Assembly: GCF_964204645.1 (NCBI RefSeq)
Contig: NC_134030.1
Span: 4,010,778-4,074,777, forward strand
DNA: 64,000 bases
From: Tubulanus polymorphus
Lineage: Eukaryota > Animalia > Nemertea
Direction: 5' to 3'
Part shown: positions 24,901 to 33,411 of the stretch, piece after piece
How positions within the stretch are numbered: position 1 is the stretch's first letter
Layout of the letters: each line of letters begins with the position of its first letter
Program-made: the position numbers and the translations under genes
Notes under the pieces: generated by a model
The model's database searches: none
What the model was told of the DNA's origin: nothing
Seen by the model: the letters and a program-made list of their open reading frames with translations, nothing else

Positions 24901-25898
24901 GTTTTTCGTCGATATCTTCTCTGAGGAGTGCTCCATTTTTCTCAACATTTTTTCAGATGTTGATAATAAACATTGTTGTTGTTTCTTCAGTTCTGCCCGG
25001 ATGGCTTCACCTTCAGAGGGCTCACCCATCCATGAAAATAATACTAAAAAATACTACTGTTGGTTATGACCAGGAATGAAGTTTTGCAGAGAGATGACGA
25101 AGTGACGATGTGCAATCCATTGATTCTTTACTAAACTGAATTGCTGCTTTATTTCTATATTAAAAACTACAAAAGTATCAGCTTATCATCTCATGGACGG
25201 TGCGCGATCGGACGGTGTGAGCGGAAGTTGCGATTAGCACAGATGTTGCCGCGGGATCCGGATAAGTGCCAGTTACACGCTTATCTCTGTACTGAGGAGA
25301 ATCATTCACAAAATCGCTACTTTTGGTTTACAGTTCCAACTTCTCTTTTTGTCAGAACGTCAAAATTCACTTCTTTTTTTACTCTCTTTAGTATTCGTCT
25401 GATTGTAATTAGGTCGCACCAACATTGTGTAGGAAACTCAACATGTAATATGCCATAATTACTATTTATACAGATCAATCTATCCAATATTCTGAATTAT
25501 TCAGTAAAAATGAATAAAGCGAAAATCTGACAAGAATATTGCTACTTTTCAGCTGCACCAAAGCATACGGTCCCATACAGTGGTTTAGTCAGTATCCGGA
25601 CCACAGTTTAGTCAGTATCCGGACCACAGTTTAGTCAGTAACGAAACTGTGTGATTCATTTCGTTCTGAGAACAGATTTTATCAAATTTCCTCTAGCTGT
25701 TCTTCAGATAGGCCTACCCTTTGACTAAATGTTTTATTTTCAGAATTCTTTTATAAAAAGTATATCCTCCACCGTTATCCAGGCCTGACATTTATCAAGG
25801 TCTATCCTGTTTTACACCTTACAAGTTCGACAGCGACATTTGATATTGTTTTTTCTGTAAATGGCTGCAGCTGTATTCATAGTGAATTATTCCACTGA
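21949..25898 (+). CDS. gene 1: spliced 84-aa orphan microprotein, join(21949..22048,25744..25898)
   Basis: ACCATG start in exon 2 (acceptor TTACATTGCAG 21834); phase-1 donor A|GTAAGT 22049; acceptor TTTTATTTTCAG 25743 in frame; MSSKYDIFSGLLKVVRAEVLTLDPVSLGAFCDLKFFYKKYILHRYPGLTFIKVYPVLHLTSSTATFDIVFSVNGCSCIHSELFH*; 3'UTR intron 25918-26021; AATAAA 26498; paralog shows synonymous divergence. Confidence 0.7.
22650..22900. repeat. intronic ~35-bp AACTGGACTGCGGTTTAGTC minisatellite, continuing at 25583-25645
   Basis: GTTTAGTC-containing monomers on both sides of the 22903-25582 insertion. Confidence 0.75.
22903..25582. mobile_element. 2.68-kb decayed CAC-terminal (CMC/EnSpm-like) DNA transposon in intron 2 of gene 1 (copy B 55288-57968)
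   Basis: Left CACATTATGGGACC...GCTAAAATGTAGCA; right reverse complement CACTGTATGGGACC...GCTGAAAAGTAGCA; apparent 2-bp GT TSD; interrupts a minisatellite; broken minus-strand ORF pieces inside. Confidence 0.6.
24281..24430. mobile_element. 150-bp MITE, hAT-like ends, 5-bp TSD (copy B 56667-56816)
   Basis: TIR CAGTGTTTTCARTAAGA...AGCCAGGTCCC at both ends; CTATC duplicated at 24276-24280 and 24431-24435. Confidence 0.8.
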
Positions 25899-26569
25899 AT
25901 GATTCTATACTTGAATGGTAAGAAGTGACTTATTTGAAATACTTAATGAATTCATTTGAAAAAGGCCTAAATTCTAAATATCATTAATTGTTCGCGTTTT
26001 AACGATGTTTGATTTTTATAGATAAAAATCTTATTATAATTTGTAGTGAATGGATTTGATTGTATGAAGGTACAGCAGTGGACAGTGTCATGTGAAATGG
26101 TTTTTACCCCTGATGGTTGTTTCTGAAGGTACAGTAGCCGGCAGTGTCATGTGAAATGGTTTTTAACCCTGATGGTTGTTTCTGAGAATAACAGTTGAAG
26201 TTTTTCGTTTGATGATGAAAATACAGAAGAAATATGAATGAAATTTTTGGTGTCATTTTTCTGTTTGTCATGCAATGAAAATGAATTAGACTTACTTAGC
26301 AAAAACCATAGGGAAATGTACAGTACTCGAAGGAAATATCACAATTTTTGGAACTAAAATTCGGTGAAAATTCATTTTAGAAAAAAATATTTTCAAATGT
26401 ATCGCATTTTATAGGATTTTTTGCCCTTAATGATACTGTAGACTTCGCTTAAACTGGTAGACGGTCTATATCTGGTATAATCTGTTCAATTCGATGAAAT
26501 AAAGATGAAATGTTGTTCTAAATACATATGTTTTGCCTTTTATGGTATTGCTCTGTTCGATGATGATAA

Positions 26570-26830
26570 TAATAACAATATTATGCGTCTGATGTAGCCC
26601 TAAATCCAGCAGCAGCTCAGAGCGCTTTACATTTTACGGTTTTATTGCCCCAGCCATTTAATGGTCTGCTGGGGTGAAGTAACATCCGAGCAGCTGCTAG
26701 GCGCTCAGGGGTCATCTATCAGGCCAGGTACCCAATTACTCCTGGGTGCAAAGAGGCAATGAGGATAAGTGTCTTGCCGGGGACACAACGGTAATATACG
26801 GGGTTCGAATCCATGACGATCTGGTTTCCC
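26570..26830 (-). mobile_element. tRNA-derived SINE with conserved central domain and L2-type tail (copy B ~58956-59216)
   Basis: Minus strand: GGATTCGAACCC B box, GTGTCCCCGGCAAGACACTT...CACCCAGGAGTAATTGGGTACC core, TGTAAAGCGCTCTGAG tail, (TTA)n end. Confidence 0.75.
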
Positions 26831-27861
26831 AGAACGCTTTCTGTATCCCATAAATGTTCACTTCATTTCCGTTTATTCCTAAACCGGTAAATTGTAATGG
26901 CTGTTTGCCTATATTATAGAATACATTTATGTACTATCAACCTTCTATCTCTGCTAGCAAAAATACATAAAAACATACATACATCTTTATGTATTTTTGC
27001 TGCTAGTGATTAGGCCTTATGTTCTATTAATGCACACGCATGACTTAAACTGGTCATAGTTTCAATTACTCAAAGAGGACATCACAAGTGAACTGAATCG
27101 GAGGAAAATGTTGCGGGATAAAGAAACATGAAATGTCCAGTATATTGAAGGACTTGTGTTCGTGTGTAATTAGAGAAAAACCCTCAGAGTGCCCATCATT
27201 GTTACTTAAAAGCAGGAAAATCAGTAGAAACTTTGGAGCTCAATAGAGTGAAAACTGTAAGAGATAAAGCTGGTAATTGAAAAGTTTGTAGGGTATGACC
27301 CTTGGATAATTTTGGTGATGATTATTCTTACTGAAAGTGAAGTCCTATGCAGATGAGCTAATTCGCATAAATCATAATCAGTGACCTATTTATTTGAAAA
27401 CCCCCTAAATTGCAGGTATCAAAATGAACAAATCGGGTATCTAGCCTCAGCTAACAGCTGACAATGGAATATTCTATGTCTACGGTCAGAAATATATATT
27501 TTATGGGTAATTATAATTAGTAAATGAGCTAATAATTAAATCATGTGACCTCTGGATAAGTACCCGCTACTTTCAAATGCAAAAAAACTCAAATATTTCG
27601 AATAGCAACACCATAAAAACGCAGCATAAAAACTTACTAATGGGTGCTGCCATTTAATCAAGCCATTTAGCGGCAGGTTTCTCCGCTGAATTCTTTGCGA
27701 CTAAACTGCTATAAGAAATGTCGACGAAAGTCGACAGGGCACTGAAAAAGTTTTAGAAGGAATTTGGGGATTCACTACATGGTCAGATTGTATAAAATAC
27801 AAAGAAATTGATTATTTTTGACTGCTATTAGGCTCAATAAAACTTTTGATCAAATTACCTA

Positions 27862-29560
27862 ATGAGATCAAAAACGCCGAGATATCGCACGTGCCCCCTC
27901 ATCCGAGAAACAACCGTTTGCCGCAGCCACAACAAAATGTACGCGATCCGCAGCACAATTAATTGCGCGACCCGTGAAATCATATACTGCATCGAATGCA
28001 CCAGGTGCAACCTGCTGTACGTCGGCCTAATGCAGCTATCAATGTGAACCCTGACCCCCCCTAGTTCAGACATTCGACTCCAATTCGACACATACCATAA
28101 ATCTTTCCGCTCAGGTTTCGACAGATTATCACTATTACCATAGATGACATTAGTCAGGTTTTCGTCACTTTTATAGAATAACCTCGTCAGGGCTTCGACA
28201 GCTTTCCACTAGACAGATTTCCTTAAGAAATACAATATGCCAGGTATTCGACACAATGTAGCATGTTTATTAATTTCATTTCTTTTATTAAAACTATAAA
28301 ATCTTAACAAAACTTAACTCATTTTATAAGCCTTTTGAAACAGCAGTGACATGCTGCAGACATGATAGATGAAGCAACGTCATGTTTCTTCCAAGATCAA
28401 ACTTCATTGTAAAAGAAATACCAGTCAAGTGGCTGGTTTGGGCTTTAGGGGAACCATGTAATATTGTTTATCCAAAGTAAACATTCATTTTGACTAATAA
28501 GCTCCACATCCAAAAGATGTGTTTTATGAGGATTAAAATATGCATTAATTAATTATTACACAATTACGGTTCTTGCGTTTTTTTTTGTATAACCCTGTTT
28601 ATAATATGAATCTCAATGTTTAAAAAGAGCTGTTCACCAATATTTTGAAGAAAGTGTCAAAGTACATTATCAGCAGTCACCGCTAGATATTAGAATTGAA
28701 ATACGAGATTATAATCAACAGTGGTACATCAGATTCTGTAAAAATTGAATGAACACAGGCCAACTCTATTATACACTGAGATTTACTTTAATAATGTAGG
28801 CAAATTGTCATACTTAAGCACCTGATGAACCCCAGGGTTTTGGCAAAAGTATGCAAAAATACTGTATAAATTGACAAATTGAAAAGTTTGATATTAGAAC
28901 AAATTCATTATATTATAATATCATTACTATACATGTATTTTTGTATAAATAATGCTAAGCTAACAATTAAATGTGACAACTTCTGTGAGAATTTCCCACG
29001 ATATAGAGGCTCTGGCGACCTGACGTTTTAGTGAAGCGACATATCCGATCGGGAGCGTAACAACGGAAGGTAAACTGACTATATGTCCCGTATGTTCAAA
29101 CCGCATATCAAACCGCTTTTCGTCAGACTTTCGAAGTAGGTTTAGATTGGAATCCGCCAGACATTCGATGCTCAATGAATACATAATTGTCACGCATTCG
29201 ATAGAGATACGACACCCATTTCTTTTGGGTTCGCCAGAGATTCGTTAATTACTAAAAAAGTCTTCGTTCAGGATCCACCAATTTTCACGTCGAAATCCTG
29301 GCGATGGATGAAATAGGGGGGGTAAGGGTTCACATTGATAGCTGCATAACCGGAATGTCTTTACAAGAACGCGTCACACATCACGTCTCGCGCATCAGAA
29401 CGTATAATTCGACTCCAGTCGCGGACCACTTCAACCAGGTCGACCACACCTACCAACACTTTCGGGTGTATGGTCTCCAACACCTACCAGGCTCGACGAG
29501 ACCGATCCGCGAAGCAGCCAAACGAGACTGGATATTGGTCTTGATTCGTTTCAATATCAA
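27862..29560 (+). pseudogene. Penelope-like retroelement GIY-YIG endonuclease fragment, split by a DNA transposon
   Basis: PRYRTCPLI...INCATREIIYCIECTRCNLLYVGL|TGMSLQERVTHH...PVADHFNQVDH...GLQHL...REAAKRDWI matches the PLE endonuclease pattern (IYxIxCxxC..YVG, RxxxH, VAxHF..H, WI); no reverse transcriptase present. Confidence 0.88.
28031..29346. mobile_element. 1316-bp non-autonomous TIR transposon with TAA TSD (PIF/Harbinger-like), copy A only
   Basis: ~38-bp TIR TGCAGCTATCAATGTGAACCCT.ACCCCCCCTA; TAA at 28028-28030 and 29347-29349; empty site CCTAACTGG at ~60081 in copy B; subterminal TTCGAC repeats. Confidence 0.92.
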
Positions 29561-29587
29561 ATCGACACTAATTTTAGATACCAGTAA

Positions 29588-29915
29588 CTAGCATAGTACC
29601 CGTCCACGGATGGATTGTCATAAATGTATTGGATATAGTTATAAAATGTACGCTGAAAGATTCCATTATCTGCCTCATTTATGATCTACTATACCGTTGT
29701 CTAACAATACGGTTATTACAGATAATGAGAGTGATAAAATTGTATTTACAACAGCGTTAGAGGGTGGCAACCATCTCTAGTAACCAGCGACATGACAAAT
29801 ATGGTTGTTTCCGAACGTTCAACTGGCCCTTCGTTCATTCTTCCATCACATCACCTTCCGTTACCTATCAATGAATATCGCCTGCTGCATTATTTTATAG
29901 GTTACTTTTTACAGA
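29588..29915 (-). mobile_element. short non-autonomous Helitron (copy B 60323-60645)
   Basis: Minus strand begins A|TC(T..AACCTATAAAAT) and ends with a CCATCC-GT-GGACGG hairpin 8 nt before CTAG|T; A^T insertion without TSD. Confidence 0.6.
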
Positions 29916-29973
29916 TATGAAAATTTTATGCGTAATATTCGTGATCCTTAATGTTTTGTTTTTTTCATTCCAG

Positions 29974-30722
29974 ATTTGGATGTTATAACAGCAATACAGA
30001 GAAACAAGTCTGAAGCAGCCCGCGAAGCTCGTAACATCTTTGGAGCTTTCGTTAACAGGTGCGTTGACTCCCTTCGCGAGCCTGAGGAGCAAGCTCCTCC
30101 ATTAGTTATTGTGCCACCTTTTAAGCTTGCTCTTCCGCAGGAGGCGGACCCTGCTCCTGTACATCTGGAGCAGGAGGACGCCCCTGCCGTGGGGACCCCG
30201 ACAGAGGCCCCACCGCTTCAGACGCCCGCACTGCGTCGGTCGCCCCGTAGAAATATAAATCCAGATATCAATTATGCAATAGGTTCGGGGCGTCCCAAAA
30301 CAAAAAAGGGCAAACGTGCGGCTCGTCCTCCTCCACCGAGACAACCAAATTTTGAGGAGGAGAGCAGTGATGAGGAGGAATTCGCCACTCCTGGAGCGAC
30401 ATCACCACCAGGGCCCGCAACACCACCACCACCACCACCATCAACTGGACCAGCATCAACGATACCACGAATAAGACGAAACAAAAGAAGAATAGAAGAA
30501 GAAAATGAAAATAATGAAACACCTAATATTACACCCGCCCAGGCGTCAACATCGGGCGCTCCAGTGGGGGCACCACCCTCCCCCGCTGTTGAGCTTATCG
30601 CGCGCGGCCCTGGTTGGTCTAAAAACATTGATTACCACGATCCCATCAAAATGCTCCGCGATGTTGAAGGGGCCTTTAAAGGAAAATTTCAAATGGTTAA
30701 ACGTCGGCGAACATCAAAGTAA
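29974..30722 (+). CDS. 248-codon coding exon, Pro/Glu/Arg-rich low-complexity protein of unknown family; 5' exon unidentified
   Basis: Strong acceptor TTTTTTTCATTCCAG at 29973 (the track's start codon is TTG); GC-rich open frame kept in both copies with an in-frame 3-nt indel; AATAAA at ~30916. Confidence 0.6.
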
Positions 30723-32981
30723 ATCAGCCCCTTCACTCGCCATCACCCGGGCAACAACATCAGCCCACGCACGTCTGCAGATCGGCACTTCTTGAAACTC
30801 AGTTTTCCCTTCCTCCTTCGTCGATCTGCAGGTCACGCAGTGTTAAATATCTGTCAACACTCCTTGAACCAGTGGGCGTGCAGTCCTTCCTTACTTTTAT
30901 TTTGAAAAATATAAAAATAAAAAACCAGACCTTTATTTAATCATTGTTTTTATGGAGTTTTTACGGTTTCTCCAAAAAAATTTAAAATGATACAAATATT
31001 AAAAAATTCATGATCATTTCATCAATTTATTTATTTTTTGGATTAAAAGAAATTTTTTTCCATCATCTCCCATTCTCATTCATATACATTTTAAATCATT
31101 TATTTATTTATTTTTTTGACTGTACGTCCCACTGTGTTCCATACCATTTTTGCAACACCTTATTCATTAAGGTCCATTTTGCTTCTCACGATACTGAAGC
31201 ATTTACCATTTTTGCATTTCCTCTTGCAAAACCTTATTAACTATGGTTCATTTTGCTTCTCACAATGCTGAAGCATTTACCATCCTCGCATTACCGCTTA
31301 CAACACCTTATTAACTAAGGTTCATTGTGCTTCTCATGATGCTGAAGCATTTACCATCCTTGCATTACCTCTTACAACACCTTATTAACTAAGGTTCATT
31401 GTGCTTCTCATGATGCTGAAGCATTTACCATCCTTGCATTACCTCTTACAACACCTTATTAACTAAGGTTCATTGTGCTTCTCATGATGCTGAAGCATTT
31501 ACCATTTTTGCATGGTCTTTCTTATGAGTCATCTATTCTAACGCTATGGTCGGCCGTTGCAAAATCTCTTTCGGGATAAGCAGGGAATCAATTCCTATAA
31601 TAACTCCTATGGAGTTTGAAAAAGGTGGATTTTTCAAATCAAAAGGAACAGCATTCACATGTGATTCCTTATTGAACTAGGAACGTGGAGAAGGAATAGC
31701 TATGTTTCACACACATAATGCGTTCCTTTATGTAGCTGAAAATAACGTGGAGAAGGAACAGCTATGTTTCACATAATGCGATTCCTTAGGAAACTACATT
31801 GAAACAGATTGTTCAATGTTCCATGTTGCCCCCTCCCCCCAAATACTATGACGTTTATACGTCAAGTGTAAAACCATTACATCGTTATTAACATACTTGT
31901 TTTTCTAATTACAGAATTAAAGATTAATTTAATATGACATGAAAACTTGAATGATTGAAATGTTAATATCTAATGCTCAACAACGGAGGAAAATCCTTCA
32001 CATGTGAGCGGAAGGATTGAAAATGTTTACTCAGGAAGGAAAAGGAATATATATTTATATACGTGAGATTGCCTGGATTAAAAATTGCACAAGAAAGCAA
32101 ACCACAGCAAAGACTACGGTAATCAATTTCATCACATTTCTAAGGTGCGAAAGTTCACTGGGTCAGTGATCAATCCATGAATTTACGAGTTCTTAATTGA
32201 ACATGCAAAAATCTGCAAAAATGCAATGATAAAGAATCTTGGATAAAAAAAGAATAAAATAAAGATCTTGGATTAGAGAATTAGTCGTAATCACTTCAGT
32301 GATCAGGTTTTATTGATAGATATTGATCTCTACTTATCCTAACGATCACCAGGATGAAGATTTGATTTTAAGACTCTTGTTAGATAATCTGCATCTCTTG
32401 TTGAAATCAATAAGGCATATGAGAGAGGAGGTCTGAGATATGAGAGAGGAGGTTCAGGGATATGAGAGTTAATGGAGATATGATAGAGGAGTTTATGGAG
32501 ATATGAATGATAGAGGATTTTATGGAGATATGATAGAGGAGTTTATAGACATATGATAGAGGAGATGGTCTAAAAGGAAAATTGTTAAGTCCATAACAAT
32601 CGAGCAACTCAGTAATAGACGCCACTCTGATATAAGTAACTCCTGGTCCTCGATTGGGGTCTAGATTGCAGGAATTGCATTTAGCAATTTAAATATGGTT
32701 GATAGAGCGTGGAATTGTTTCCGTGTAGTCATGCAATGCACAAAACACACATCAGATTAAGGCTGTTGAGAGGGAATTATCAATAGATGAAGTTGGTTTC
32801 AAGAGGTTGATCATTCATATGGCAGTTAATCAGATCAGGTTCTCAGGTGCTTCCTTGGTCCCCAAAAACTGCATAAGTTGTATCAAAGTATGTGATATAA
32901 CCTACTAATTGATTACGTAAAAAGAGGCTACTTGTAGTTTCTCAGCCACTTTGCAATTATTGTTGTAAAGAGGTCACAAAA

Positions 32982-33411
32982 TCAGACCAGCACCACCAAT
33001 AGATTTCTACTGAACAGTAAGTGTTGTAATTTTTGTGGTTCCAGTTTTTTTTTCACTTTCCGAGATAGAACAAAATTCCTAGATTTTGGGTCCTTCAGTG
33101 CTGAAATTCTATTTTATCACAAATTTTAAGTTTCCTAATCTTAACTTTGCAAAAATTTGAACAAAAATTTAAAAAAAAATTCTTAAAAAATGAGAAATTA
33201 AAAAAAGTATAGGCCCTAATAGACATATTTTATGATAACTTTCTTAATTAAGGAGTCATCAAACGAGATAATATGAGGTATTTGAGATTGTCATGAGTTT
33301 GAACTTACTTAATTCACAAAGCACGCCGAGGGAGGTGCGATCTAAGGTCAGGACCTCGGCGCGCACAGCCTCCATAAAGCTACGAAAAAGATCTGCTTTA
33401 TTAGTTGACAT
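32982..33411 (-). CDS. gene 2: paralog of gene 1, join(33411..33309,33100..32982), 73 aa here (probably premature stop; promoter/exon 1 absent)
   Basis: MSTNKADLFRSFMEAVRAEVLTLDRTSLGVLCEL + phase-1 GTAAGT donor at 33308, in frame with the acceptor at 33101: TLKDPKSRNFVLSRKVKKKLEPQKLQHLLFSRNLLVVLV*; CAG-rich 5'UTR and intron-1 motif ATTCAACCATGACTCGAATCCATAGAAA shared with gene 1. Confidence 0.65.

Larger units (their letters stand above)
1..30811. repeat. ~30.8 kb tandem macro-repeat unit, copy A (boundary set arbitrarily by window start)
   Basis: CCTCCTTCGTCGATCTGCAGG at 1 recurs at 30812 and 61545; internal blocks and ORFs recur colinearly (e.g. 19961/52356, 21949/54334, 29976/60706). Confidence 0.97.

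Noticed and set aside
22903-25582. Transib/ProtoRAG element because of the CAC termini
   Set aside because: No 5-bp TSD, no RSS-like heptamer/nonamer and no recognisable RAG1-core motifs.
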